Part shown: in pieces, positions 13,092-26,376 of the stretch
How the letters are laid out: each line of letters opens with the position of its first letter
Numbering within the stretch: the stretch's first letter is position 1
Source of the DNA: Vicugna vicugna
Taxonomy: Eukaryota
Length of the DNA: 64,000 nt
Assembly (NCBI GenBank): GCA_013265495.1
Contig: MU058423.1
Span: 6,114,939 to 6,178,938 of the forward strand
Reading direction: 5' to 3'
Notes under the pieces: model-generated
What the model saw: the letters and a program-made list of their open reading frames with translations, nothing else
Databases searched by the model: none
Told to the model about the DNA's origin: nothing
Translations under genes and position numbers: made by a program

Positions 13092-13109
13092 TCAGTGTGT
13101 GAAGTTTTT

Positions 13110-13290
13110 AACACAAGATAGAATTAAATATACCTCCAACAACTCTAATCTTTACAGTAAAACTCTAAGTTAGGAATTATTATCGTCGTTATTTTCCAGA
13201 TGAAGAAACAGTCCAAAGAAGAGGGAGAATCCAAACTGAAATCTAACTCTGTCTCCAAAATCTGGATTCATTCCACTTTGTGACACTGCC
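13110..13290 (-). mobile_element. MIR SINE remnant
   Basis: 'attttccagatgaagaaaca' MIR core and terminal 'acactgcct'. Confidence 0.6.
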
Positions 13291-13499
13291 TTGCATGTTA
13301 CAGGTGAGTTTGCCGCATTTCAAAATGGACGCCTTGTTGGAAGAATGTAGTACTTTTATCTGCAAGGTTTTCCATTTGCCTTGTAGCAACTATTCAGGCA
13401 AGTTACTAAGAGGCCAGCATGCTGTTTTAAGAAAGAGTATATAGCCAAGTGAGAAAGATGATGGAATTTCTCTGGCAGTATTGCACACAGTGGATGAAG

Positions 13500-13700
13500 T
13501 CGTGACATCTAGAGCTGGCTTGTAGCTGTCAAGAGCCATTTTCTAGCATCTCTTCCCAAGTCCTCATTCAGTGACTTTAAGCTGGTAACTTGAAATGAGC
13601 TATAGTGGAATTGTTTACACAACAGATATTGGCAAAGGATTAAATGTGAGCATTTTCTTCTCAGAAAGTGGTTGTTAGACATGTATTAGTATACCATTAT
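13500..13700. mobile_element. hAT non-autonomous DNA transposon (MER63A-like)
   Basis: 'gcatctcttcccaa...ttcagtgac...tggtaacttgaaat...tttacacaacagatattggcaaa...gttgttagacat' is colinear with the recalled MER63A consensus. Confidence 0.7.
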
Positions 13701-13959
13701 ATAAGGGGTTTGCTATGGTAAATTTATAGTAGATTAGTGGAGAGTGTGTTACAGTTATTCAGAACCAAGTGTACAATGTGGTAAAAGGAAATATGAAACA
13801 ACAATGCAGGTAAAAGATTATCAAAATAAATAATTTATAGAATTATTAATTAGCTTTAGGAAATTAAGGAACTGTAAGGGGGTATATATAGGAATAATGC
13901 CAACTCATTCAACATTCAATGACCTATAAGTATTTAAGTTACTCTTACAAGTATGATCC

Positions 13960-15765
13960 TTCTAAGATGAATATTGGTTTCTTTTCCATTCATGAAATTT
14001 ATATCTGTATTTTTTATAAACTCCACAATACATTGTAACTATCTTTAATCTAAACAGTCCATTAACTATTATATAATAAGAAAATATTATTTTTAATGTA
14101 TTTACATTTCCAATGCCCTTGATTCTTTTATCCCTATGGAAAAATCCAGATTTCCATTGGATATTTTTTTCTTCCATCTGAAAAATTTCCATTAACTCTC
14201 TCATAGCTCAGATCTTCTGATTATGAATCCTCTCAGGTATTGTCTATATTAAAAATAATTTACTTTTACTTTATTTTTGAGTGATATTTTTGCTGGTCTA
14301 GATTCTAGACTGATAGATTTTTTTTCTTTAGTATTTTAAAGACAACTGCTTCAGTGTTCTCTGACTTGTATTATTGCCAATGAGAAATATGCTGTTATAT
14401 TTATCTTTATTCTGTACTTAATGTGTTTTTTGATGTGCTTTTAAGAATGTTTCTTTATCACTAATTTTAAGCCACTAATTATAGTATGTCTATGTATAGT
14501 TTTCCTTACATTTCTAGATTTGATGTTGATGTAGGTTTAGAGTTTTTATCAAATTGGTTAATACTAACCATTGTCTATTGTGTATTTTTCTTCCCCACAC
14601 CGCACCTCTCTCTTAGAGATGTTAATTACTTTTAGGTTAGGCTGTTAGAAGTTGTCCCAAATCTCACTGATGCTTTACTCATTTCATTTTCAGACATTCC
14701 CTGTATGTTTCATTTTGCATAGTACTTATTACCATGTCTTCAAGTTCACTAATTTTTCCTTTTGTAATGTTTCTTCTGCTATTAATTTTATCGCACAAGT
14801 TTTTCACCTGTAGACATTATAGATTTTACTTCTATATGTTTGTTTTTGGTAGTTTTATATCTTCAATGTCTCTACTAAGTAGGCTCAATCTTTCTTCTAT
14901 CTTCTTGACCACATGAATACAGTTATAATAATTTTTTAAATTATCTTGTTTAATAAATCTATCAACTGTATCATTTCTTGATTAGCAATGATTTACCTTT
15001 CTCCTCTCTATATATTGTTCTACTTGTTTGCCTTCCTAGCAATTTTTGACTGAATGTCAAGCATGAAATGTTTTTGTTACCTTGTTGAGTTCTGAATATT
15101 TTTTGCATTAAATTTTTTACATTCTTACACTTATTTTATTTATTTAAGCCTTCTTACACAGGACCAGAGAAGCATTTTGTTTAAAGCTAATTTTGACCCA
15201 CCCCTGAGACAAAACCATTCTAAATAATCTACTTAATGTCCTGTGAACAAAATTTCTCTCTTTCTTTCTCTTTCTCTCTGTTGGAAACAGGAACTTTTCC
15301 TGGCCCTGTGTCAATCTTGAGGATTGTAATATCTAATCATTTTGAGTGGTTCTTTCCACAACCTCATAAGCATGCACTGATCACTATTAAGCACAAAACT
15401 CAAAAATATCTTCTGAAGATCTATTGAGATCTATCTCTGTATAGCTCATTTCTCTCTCATCATCTGCCCTTTGAACTATATCTGCTTAGTCTACCTTGTC
15501 TCTCAGGTATATCTCCTCAACCGAGGTGGTTCTCTGAGCTCTATCTGGGTACCTTCTTCTCTGTACTATTACCTGGAATATCTCCAGGCAGTAAGCTGGA
15601 GCAGTCTTGGCCTCATCCAACTTGTTTATCATTTTCGGTATCATTGTCCTTTGATGCCTAATACCCTATGCCTTGAAAATCATCACTTAATATGTTTTAT
15701 CTAGTTTTTTAGTTGTTTTATGTGACAAGGCAAATGTTATCCCTGTTACTCCACCCTAACTCGAG
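13960..15765 (-). mobile_element. Ancient LINE-1 5' portion (5'UTR and ORF1; L1MD/ME-like)
   Basis: Antisense ORF1-type blocks ('gatatttttgctggtctagattctag', 'atgtcttcaagttcactaattttt') and the 5'-end motif 'ccctgttactcca' near 15745. Confidence 0.75.
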
Positions 15766-18535
15766 TTATATATATGACTTTTGTCTCCATTTTTATAACT
15801 TTATCATATTTTTAATTTATTTTAAAATTTCCTCCATCTAGACTTTACATGAATCTTAAGATCTATTATTGTGTTCAGTGTAGTATTATTTTTTGTTTAA
15901 AATAATACATAAAAAATACATATATACTTTCCATTACATATTCTAAGTAATTGTGATCATTACTAAAAATGTCATTAAAAATTATATTATTCAACCACTT
16001 TGTGATTTTTTAATCAATGGTTTTAAATAACAGACTGTATATGATCTTGGCTTTGAAATATAAGCCCTATAATCTGCAGAAACTATTGTGTTGCCTTTTG
16101 AATTTTAATTTATATTTTTGTAACTATATTACTACTTGCTAGAGGTTTTCTCCATTGTTTATATATTTTAATCCAGTTTTTCAATCTCTTTCTGTTTCTG
16201 TCTTCTCTTCTGAAAAATCATTCTAACGTTTACACAGTTACTTCAGCTAGGCCCCTAGACCCCCTACTTAGAACTATGATGTATAATGTGCTTTGGAACT
16301 ATTGTGATATGATGATGTTTGCTGTTACAAAATATGCAGAAGAATTTGTTTAATGTCAAATTGTGTTTCCTCAAATTGTGTCTGCATAATTTTCCAATCT
16401 TGAATTAACCTAGGTAAAATTCAGCAGCTAGGCTTCTCTCCAAGTTTCTTTCATTACTGGGATTATGAAGAAGATCCATTGCTTTCCCTGATTTGATTGG
16501 AGGTGTTTTAATTCTCTTTCTCTGAAGCGTTAACCTCTTGGCTGGTTTTTCTCATTCATGACTTGAATCCATAAAGATCCTTGATTTTAGTTTGCTTTAT
16601 TTTTATACTTCTGGTCATTTTTTTCAGTGTAAGTAAAATTGTCTTTTTTTCATATATTATTAGTTATTGATCTGTGTTTGGAGAAGTGGGTGTAGTAAAA
16701 AGTGAACTGATGTAACTCTACTGAGGTTCCTGGTTCATTGTGCATTTCATTAGTGAAAGAGCATACTTAGGTGTGTGGATGTGGGTCAAGTCTATAAAGC
16801 ATACAGTAAATCTTTATAATTAAAACAAGTATGGTGAGGATTTTGAATGACACTGAGTTCGTATCCTTTAATATGTATAATCTTTTCATTTGTCATTTTT
16901 CTGTTTTCACTTTTTCTATACTTTCTAGTTCAGTTGTGTAGACTGGAATGTAACATACTCAAACTGCAATCATAGAATTCTTAAGAAATTTTTGCTGAAA
17001 TGATTTATCATACTTGGAGTAGTGCACTTAATTTCCAATGCTGTCCCTATCCTCCTAAAATGTTTTCTTTGAAAATAAGTAATGATCTATGTAAAGATTC
17101 ATTACACATCTAAAACTGACTCTGGGTATTTTTAGTATGAGTCTCAGACTGCCCCTTCCCAGATTGCCCCTTCCCAATACCTCCTTGCTGACTTTTACAT
17201 CTACATTATTCAGATGCCTTGATTACCCTCATCTAGTGAAAGCATTATAGTTACTTCACAGGCTGAGATTTTATAGTCAAAATTTAAAGCACAATAAAAT
17301 AAGTGATATAGATAAATCCAAAAGATCAAAATTAAGTATTTACTAGGTAAGTTCATCTTATAGGAATCAGAAAAGTTTATACTTACATTTTCTATGCAGG
17401 AGAAACTCATTTTACAAAAGTAAACATTTTTATATACTGTTTTTCTCATCGATTATTGTTTCTTATTAAGTAACTCAGTGGAACTCTTCCCATTTAAAAG
17501 GGTTATCTGGCCATTAATGTGGACCATTTGACATGTGCTGAATGTGCCAATGAAAATTATCGCTGACACAGCATATTCTCCAAGCTGTAAAATACAGGGC
17601 GTGGAAAAAACTGATTAGTCATCAAGACAGAAAGAACACTTGAGAATTACTTTTCTTTGCTTATCATTTGAAAAAAATCAATTAGGAATGCTAGAGATCA
17701 ATATAATTTAGTGTAGGAAAACAAAGAAAAAGAGTACAACTCTGCCAGCTATGCCTCCTAAGTTTTTTCTTTTTGGACTGGCAATCTTGGGAGAAGTCAC
17801 TTAGAAAAAGCTGTAATAAAGGTCACCTTCAGCTGCAAGAATTGCCCTTTTGCTTCTTTTCAGAAAGATGACGCTATCAAATCCAATATACAGTGAAAAG
17901 ATGCATCATTGGACAACTGTGATATTTTATAAATAAAATTTGAAAACTGCTTTTTGACAATAAACCAAAAAGGATTATTTTATTGTGTCCTTCCCTTTTC
18001 TCTTACCTACAATTTATTATTGAGTTTTCCCCTAGTTTTGTGGTTCCTTGTAAAATGTCAAACTCAGTATTTGGTATTATTTTTGAGGCCTATGAATGCC
18101 ACATAGCAAGGTATTAAATCTGTATTTAAAAGCCCTGGATGTGAATTAAGTCCATAATTTTATGTTTCTGACAGGCTCATGAGAGTATTTTTTCACCTTT
18201 ATTGTAAAATACTATACAGGAAGTAAATCTATAACTTTCTAATAAGAAGCAGCAATATAAGAAATTGTATAGAAAGGATCTCACATGGTGTTTTGAGCAA
18301 AGCTTATATTTAAGTTTTGAATCATTCTCAGACAGTTGGCTCTAGAGCTGATTTTGGAGTGTTACGATCTTTTGATCACAGATGCTATAAATTATTTTTA
18401 AGCAACTTAAAAACCAGATAAAAATCAAAGGAACATTAATTTCTTTTACTGAAATATTGTTATACTATGATAAGCTGCCATGGTCTAATTTGGAAATTTG
18501 TAAACAGGGTAAGCTATCTTTTTTGGACATCATCT

Positions 18536-19189
18536 TGTTGCTGGTAGATGTAACCAGTGTTCCAAGTTCTTGTCCCATCCCAGAAAGAATTCAGAGACAA
18601 GACACAGAGGTTAAGAAAGTAAAGTGAGAATTTATTAAAGGATGGATTATACACTCTCAAGGGGAGAGTGGGCAGGCTGAGGTCAGCGACTGCCCTGAGT
18701 TTCTTTGGCAAGTTGGTTACACAGGGTATAAAAATGAATGGGCAGAATCTTCATTAGGGAGGGAAAGGTCTAGGATTGTATTCCCTTATTTTCGTACCAA
18801 CTCCACCTTCCCAAAGGGAGGAAAGATTTTTGTCCTTATTTAGTTTGGATTGGAAGTGTCGTGGCACGAGTGCATGATGGGTGCTTCTAATCTGCAAGGC
18901 TAATTTTATTGAAATAAGGGCATAATGAGCAAAAGGTTACATTTGGACATTAGAAGTTCCAGTCTTTTCCCACCTTTATTAGCCTCTGGGCTGCTTATCA
19001 GCCCCCAAATTGTGACCACTTACTAGCTCAGAGGTTCCTGCATTTCTTTCTCTGCCCAGGGACCCCTGGTGCTTACATAATACATGGTTTCCTGCATTTG
19101 GCCTGCGTCACTCCTTTCTGCCCAATTCCTGCCATTTGGCCAGCATCCTCCTTTCTCTGCTTGTATCTAGCTATCTGCCTGCTCTAACA
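18536..19189 (-). mobile_element. Solo LTR, ERV1 class
   Basis: TGTT...AACA termini and 4-bp TSD ATCT (18532-18535, 19190-19193). Minus-strand AATAAA at 18631-18636. Confidence 0.92.
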
Positions 19190-19389
19190 ATCTCACGTCT
19201 CTATGGTCTCATCTGTTGTTTTACTAAGAATGATTCTTATATTTTTTAAAGAACTCAGCCCAATATTATTGTCCATGAAATCTCCCCTATCCTTATATTA
19301 TCTTGTTCCATAGTTTTATATCACTATACACTTTCTCTATAATGCTTATCATATTCCGTTTTTTCCCTTTAATATAACTCATTTCTTAA

Positions 19390-19835
19390 TTTTTCCATTT
19401 TAATTGAAATGTGGTTGACTTTCCATGTTATATTAGTTTCATGTGTACAACATAGTGATTCAACATTTATATACATTATGAATTGACCACCAGCATAAGT
19501 CTAGTAGCCATCTATCACCATGCAAAGTAATTACAATATTATTGACTGTGTTCCCTATTCTATATATTTCATCTTTTTGACTTACTTATTTTGTAACTAA
19601 AGTTTGTACCTCTTGATCCCCTTCCCCTATTTTTGGCCCTGGCCCCTATCCTCCCTGACTTAGGCAGATAATAGTTTTGTGCTCTGTATCTGTGAATCTG
19701 TTTGTTTGTGTTCTGTTTTGCTTCTTCATTTGTTTTGTTCTTTGAATCACACATATAAATGAAATCATGCAGACCTGTCCTTTTTTGTCTGACTTAGTTC
19801 ACTTAGTGTAATACCTCTAGGTTGGTTCATCCATG
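19390..19835 (-). mobile_element. LINE-1 3'UTR (L1MA-like) inserted within L2 remnants
   Basis: 'tattagtttcatgtgtacaacatagtgatt' and 'ctgacttagttcacttag' are antisense L1 3' end motifs. An L2 3' end ('aaatacctattgaatggatg') follows near 19990. Confidence 0.85.
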
Positions 19836-20499
19836 TATCGTATTCTGTATTCCCATTTATTTTTGTGCTATTGGATTGATATCTGGCTCTTCACATGGCT
19901 GAAAGCAGCTTGAAGAAGAAGCACTAGGTCTAGCTCTGTTTAGCACTATGTTTTCCATTACCAGCACAGAGTAGTCGTGTATCAAATACCTATTGAATGG
20001 ATGCATTAATAAATGAAGGATCCAACCCTTATCGCTAATATGAAAAGTCTGTGCTCTGCGATCAGACTCATCTTCCAACATAAACATTAACTTTACTGCT
20101 TCCATGTAATATTCCATAAAGGATATATATGAGCTGTTTTAACATTTTTGCCTCTTTTTTTTAAAGAGACATTCATATTCCACAGGCTATCCTAGCATCC
20201 AATACCTTCTTCCATTGGCTTATTCATAGATGTATTCTAACCCCAAATATTGTTTTAGCAACACATAATTTCCAACCCTTTATGTTTAAAAATATACTAT
20301 ATCTTATCTTGTATATTCATTCTCAGACATATCCATTGCATTGTTTCCCGATTATTCAATTATTTCACAGTCAGTTTTACGTGCCTACACTGTGGCAAAC
20401 TAGCAGCAGAGAAACGCTGTCAGTGATTAGATTATAATGTGATTAGTGGTAGTTACAGGCCATTAAAAAAGTAGAGACCAAAAGGAAATAATAAAGTCC

Positions 20500-20950
20500 A
20501 GAAGTCAAAGGTAAAAGGAAAAGGAAATTAATAGAGAAAATCAATGACACAAAGCAGGTTCTTTTAAAAAAAAAGTCAACACAACTGATAAGTCTCTGGC
20601 AAAGCTGAAAATATTTAAAAACAAAATTTTACCTACGTGTAATACTATTTTATAACATTATCAAAATGGCAGATTATAGTAATGGAGGACATATTAGTGG
20701 TTGCAAACAGGAACAGGGGAGGGAGGGATGTGGGTATATTTATAAAAGGGCAACATGAAGGATCCTTGGGTTGATGGAAACCTCTTGTATTTTGATCTGT
20801 ATCAATGCCAGTATTTTTGTTGTGATAATGTACTACAGTTTTCTAGATTTACTAGAAAGAAAAAAATGATAATGCATTCATGGTATCTCTGCATTATTTC
20901 TTACAGCTTAATGTGATTGTACATTTCTTGCAAAATAAAAAGGATTAATT
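20500..20950 (+). mobile_element. Ancient LINE-1 fragment (short ORF2 piece joined to L1MD-like 3'UTR)
   Basis: 'atagagaaaatcaatgacacaaagcaggttc' (ORF2), then 'ataaaagggcaacatgaaggatcctt' and 'tctctgcattatttcttaca' (3'UTR). Confidence 0.75.
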
Positions 20951-22064
20951 AAAATAAAACAGAAAGCTAAATGAAAAAAAAAGTAGAGAAATGACATTTA
21001 TATTAAAATGAAACTCAGGTAACTCTTCCCAATAAAGTATATATTACATTTATGGACTAGGAAGGGGTAAGGAAAAATAAGGAGAATTTACAAGCAGAGG
21101 TAATAACATTTTTGAACAAATGGAAGAGTGTGGCATACTTCATTCCGACTGGAGTAAAGGATCTAGATAGGCCAGCGTTGGTAAGAGAGATAATAGAACC
21201 AGGAATAGACAGCATTATGAAAAGTCCATAGGAAAGGCCGTTAGGCAGCCAAAATTTCTCCTTACAAAGCTTCTTTGTAACAGTCAGTTTCTTTAAAAAA
21301 CAAACAAACAAACAAAAAGAAAAATAAAACGTGTATGTTTTTCCTCCCTTTTCTCATGTGATTCAGTGTGGAGCTGAAAACATCAGAAGAGCAGAGTCTC
21401 TTAATGGAAACCCGTTGTTCTCTAGGGTATCCTTAGTGTTACAGCCATTTTAGTAGAACATATCGGAGGGCTGTCCTCTGAGAAACTCCTACAGAATATT
21501 GATTTTCTCACGTATTAGAACATTTTGAGTTCCAATTAATTACAAAAATAAAACCGAATTCCTTATACTCTCGCTCTTTTTCCCTTTTGAGATGGCACTT
21601 AAGCTTATTGAAAATGGAAGATGGAAAGGTTGATGTGGTTTGTTTCTGTGGAGACGAAGGAGATGGTATTGAATTTGAGAAGAAAAGAAAATGTTTGGAA
21701 AATCTACTAAGTAAAAAAGAACTAGGAAGATAGGGAAGCACTGTTGGTCATCACTGAAGGCATAAATGTGATTGATATTAGAACTTACAGTGGCCAAATT
21801 CACATTATGTGAGTGTCTTCAGTAACTTTAAGAAGTTGCTAAGAATCAAAGAAAGTAAAAAAAAGTGAGGAACACAGCAAAAGAAATGGCAACAATAAAT
21901 AAATGCCCACTTGATATCTGATCAACTATTAAAATGTATGGATTTTATTTTATTTATTCATATTTTCCACTTATTTTCACTAAAAAGCTCTTGCTTACAT
22001 CATAATGTTTTCTGTTCTGGAACATGGAACATGAATTTCTAATTTACTTCCTACTTTCAAATTA

Positions 22065-23000
22065 ATCATTCAAACTTTAATTCAATAATTATTTATTAAT
22101 ACCTACTCTGTGTCAAACACCATGCTGGCCCTGTTATACCAAGGTAATTAAAAATAACTCTCATACAGTATATAGTTTAGCATGGGTGATGGATTACATA
22201 TGTAAATCGGCAATCACAGTAGAGGAGGCACTACAAAGAAGGGATATATAGTGATATTAAAGTTTATATTGAAGCATTTGACATAATGGGGGCAATAGTG
22301 CCTTCTCTGAGAAAGTAAATATTTAGCTGAGATATGAATAATACACGTGGAGTCAATTAGGTTAGGAGACAATGAAAAACAGTCCTTGACAAAAGGTATA
22401 TTATAGATATGAATACCGTGTTGTGGAAGGATGGATGGTACTTTGGAAACTAAGAAGCCAGTGAAGCTAGACACGGAGAAGAGGATAGAATAACTCAAAG
22501 CAGAAGAGGTAAATGAAGGACAGATCCTTCAGATCATTGAAGACAAGAAGATAGGGCTGAAAAGTTACATAGAGGTCAGTTATTTAAACTTCTGTAGACC
22601 AAGTTAAAGAGCAATAGGAAGCCATGAATGATTTTAAAACACGTGTTTATTGTGGAGGTGTGGCTGTTGCTGTGGAGAAGCATATGAGCGTGAGACATGA
22701 TTCATTTTACATACAAATAAGGAACTCCAGTTGCAGCACAAGACTGGGTTGAAGACAGGAAGGGTAGATGAAAATGTATCCATTAGAGAGATAATGTGTA
22801 AGATTAGGCTAAATTTAATTTTTATTCTAAGTCTAATTTTAATAGGCTTATATCCAGTTGGCTTATATTCAAATGGCTCAGATTAGCCTGGTAGGACTGG
22901 TGAAGAAGGGGAGATTGTGATGAAGGGGAGATTGCAAAGATGTTGGATTTATTTTAATGTTAAGATCAGCTGAAAACATGAGTGTGGGGCTAAGGGTTGG
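22065..23000 (-). mobile_element. L2 LINE remnant
   Basis: Antisense L2 3' end 'tatttattaatacctactctgtgtcaaacac' followed by a purine-rich L2 body. Confidence 0.6.
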
Positions 23001-23029
23001 GGAGGTATGCAGAATTTGGTTTCAGGGCT

Positions 23030-23610
23030 ACACATTTGCCTTCAGTCTTCCCTGCCACATACCATCTTTCCTATGGCCACCAGAATTGTAATTCTCCAAC
23101 ACGTCTAAGATTTGGAAGCTTCCATGAATAAAACCATCCCTTTCCCCTCCCAAAATACTGCACTATTTTAAAGCTAAAAACCCCTAGAATGTTATATTCT
23201 TTTTAATGTTTCTATCACTCCCTAATATGTCTTTTTCCCCCCCAGTTACACTAAACTACTTGGCCTTTCTTCTTAAGCATAATGCATTTGTTCACTCTTC
23301 TGTCTTAGTTTATGCTGTTTTTTATCACTTTCATCCTTCTCCATCGCTTATATCTATCAAGGCTCTAATGCCTGGCTCAAATATCAACTTTAATTATTAT
23401 GTCATATGTGGCTTACTTACATAAAATATATTATTATCACCCTACTTCCACTCTATGAGCCCGTGGAATTTTATAGCAGCAGTAGAAGCATTTTTTAAAC
23501 GTGTTATAGCTTGGTGTATAACTCTCTCTGTCTTTCCCTAAACTTTACCATTAATCGTGAAATCTATGAGAACAAGGACACTTTTCATTCCTCAGTGAAT
23601 AAAAATAGTG
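23030..23610 (+). mobile_element. L2 LINE remnant
   Basis: Pyrimidine-rich L2 body ending 'tctatgagaacaaggac'. Confidence 0.5.
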
Positions 23611-24044
23611 AGTTATTAATATGTGTCTTTCATGTATGACACTCCCTGCTATACATTTAAATATACTATTACCAATCCAATTTATAGCATGCAATTTCCA
23701 TTTTGAAAATAAGATTGTTAAGATTTAAAGATGTTCAATGGATTTCCCAAATCAAAAGTGGTATCAGAATAACTGAGATTTCATTTCATTTTTTTTTCTG
23801 AATTTCAAAATCTGAGCTATTTCAATTGGAACAATTAAAATAAAAGTCTTTAAACCAGTGTCCATTTAGCTAGGAGAAACTAATAGTATCAATCAGATTT
23901 TACTCGTTGCACATAATGAATCTGTGATAAGTTGCCACAGGAAGGGGTTAAAATGTAATAAATCAGTTGGAGAAGTCATTTTTAAGAAATGTGTGTAAAC
24001 TGGTGTCATCAAAATTTAATAAAATAAATAAATAAAATAAAACT

Positions 24045-24200
24045 CTGCAGGGCTTTTAACAAAGAAATTCTAAGGCCTTTGCCCTACTCTTGAGATTCAG
24101 TAAGACTCTAGTGGAGCCTTAGAATCTACATTTTTAATATTAATCCCAGCTGATTATTATATAATTAGTAATAAGCAATATTTTGAGAACTATTGCTTTA
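24045..24200. mobile_element. MER5A-like hAT-Charlie MITE remnant
   Basis: 'gattcagtaagact...agaatctacatttttaa...cccagctgatt...tttgagaactattg' is colinear with recalled MER5A. Confidence 0.65.
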
Positions 24201-25874
24201 GAATCAAAAGATTACGAAAGAAGAGCTTGCTTTACTAAATGTGTGTAAGTATTAAGAGTGAGAAATAGTTGCATTGTTCTGTTACTGGCAATCTGACTAT
24301 TATTAGCGATTGAGAATGTCTACACAGTTTACAACCAGACTTCATGTAAAGAATTCTTAAAGGAAAAAAAAAAATAGAGAGCATGCATTGAAAGAATGTG
24401 TCACGCTTTATTCTCCCAGATTCTGACTAGAATTTGACAGACATACTTATCTATCTCAGACTTTGAAAGAAGCACAAGTATTTATCTCCACAGAACTTCA
24501 ATAACAAAAATAGACTGTAACCTTTGTGAGATGCCTCAGAGGACATGACCATATAAGATGTCCCCCTCCCTTATTCCTCAATAAGTAAAAACTCAGTCTT
24601 TGAAAATTTCACTCTGTCTATTGTTGATATAAAATAGTTTCCAATTATTTCAGAGTGTATCCAATGTATAGATATAATTTCTGGAACAAAGGATATTTAT
24701 ATAAAGATTGCCTAAATAATGAAGTGTGATTATAATTATACATACAACAATATTTTGCATGTAACAGTATCTATCCACTTACTGTGTAAGTAAATAGATG
24801 TAAAGAAATGTGACATTATTTAACTTACATTTTTGCATAGAATGATTTGGAGGTAATTATTTAAAACTTATTTCTTGTTCTTCCTAACCATTAATATATC
24901 AGTTCTTTCATCAAATTTTATAAAAATATATCAGATATTGATATAGGAAGTTTAAATTTATTTTACATCCTCCTTTTTTCCTTTTCATAGAGTCATAAGA
25001 TTGTTTTATATTCTATTACAACTTCTCTACTTACTGATGTTTATAAACTAACATGTGTTGAATACTTCAAACCAATCTTCAAATATTATATTCATATTAT
25101 ATCTGAGATGATCTAGATTTTGAAATTAGAATTGCCATATAAATGTAATGTTTTCATCCAATGTTAAATATAATATATGCTATCAAACCAGTAATGTGCT
25201 TTAAAAGTATAAATCTTTCACTTATCCATTAATGGTAATTTACATGTACTGCAAAATATGTGCTAAGTGTATGTCTAATGGTTGAATGATTGAATGTAAG
25301 AATATAAACACTTTTATATTTATTATTTGATATGTGTACTGAAAATTTTGGCTAAAAGGCAATTTATTTTAAAAGTACTTTAATGTTTACAATATTTTTG
25401 TGTGGGATTCTTATGAGAAGTTTTAATAGTGAAGACTGTTTAATTAAAATTATTTCCAAGAATATGAAATGTCAAAGAGGAGGTGATAGTCATTAAAATT
25501 TTTGGTTCTGGCATCAGTTCTTTTTATTGTTGTTGTTTTTCATGTCTTTAATTTTCTTTTACTGTTGTTTCAACGTCTTTGTCTTATGTCTGTATAAAAG
25601 TTTGAATAACAGACTCATTCTTAGTGAAGCAATTAGTGTATTATATCAAGAGAAACAGCCATCAGTTACTAGATTAATAGATGAACAGTGAGGAGACAGA
25701 TGGAACACTAGTAGGAAAGAAAGTACTGAGAAGAGAAAAAAAAAGAACACTAAAAAAATGATAGAAATGAGTATCTTGAAGGCAAGAGAAAGCCAATGAC
25801 AGAGAGAAAAAGGAGTAATACAGAGGGAGTGGGACCATTTAATGAGGTACATTGACAAAGGTAAGAACTGATAC

Positions 25875-26376
25875 TGTGATCAAGGCAGGCATTCCCCTCA
25901 GCTTGACTGAGCTTTAGACTGTTTTTCCCAGACTACAAACGTCTGATCTCTCTCTTCTTAAAACATTTAAACTTGCAATTATAAATTATTTCTCCTGTTG
26001 CTTTGAGATGCAGATCTTCTCCCAGCCTCTTGCCAATTCTACTTCAGAACTTGTCTTTCTCAAGGATCTGGAAGCAATGCCTTTGTAATGTAATCAGCAA
26101 GAAAGATAATGCGTGTATCTCCCGATTTCCGTGGCGGGGTGGGAATCTCACTTCTGTAAGTGCCAATTAGCAAACACAGGTGACATAATCACATTGACCA
26201 ATCTCTGCCCTAATGTCCTCCAGGACTTTCCACTAGTTACACCCTAGCGCTTAAAAACGCTCCCAACTTTTGTTTTAGTGAAGTTGAGTTCTCTCCCCAT
26301 TATAATAGTCTTGACCCTACTGTAGTAGTCTTGAATAGGGTCTTCCTTGACTTGTCTGGTGTAAATTTTCCTTGAA
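25875..26376 (+). mobile_element. MER31-like LTR (ancient ERV1)
   Basis: 'ctttgagatg..tcttctcccagcctcttgcca', 'gtgccaattagcaaacacag' and the duplicated 'tagtcttga' near the 3' end match recalled MER31. Confidence 0.8.

Noticed and set aside
17845..17940. Acceptor cttttgcttcttttcag followed by a short frame and AATAAA
   Set aside because: No recognisable peptide or linked upstream exon; such signals are common in AT-rich DNA
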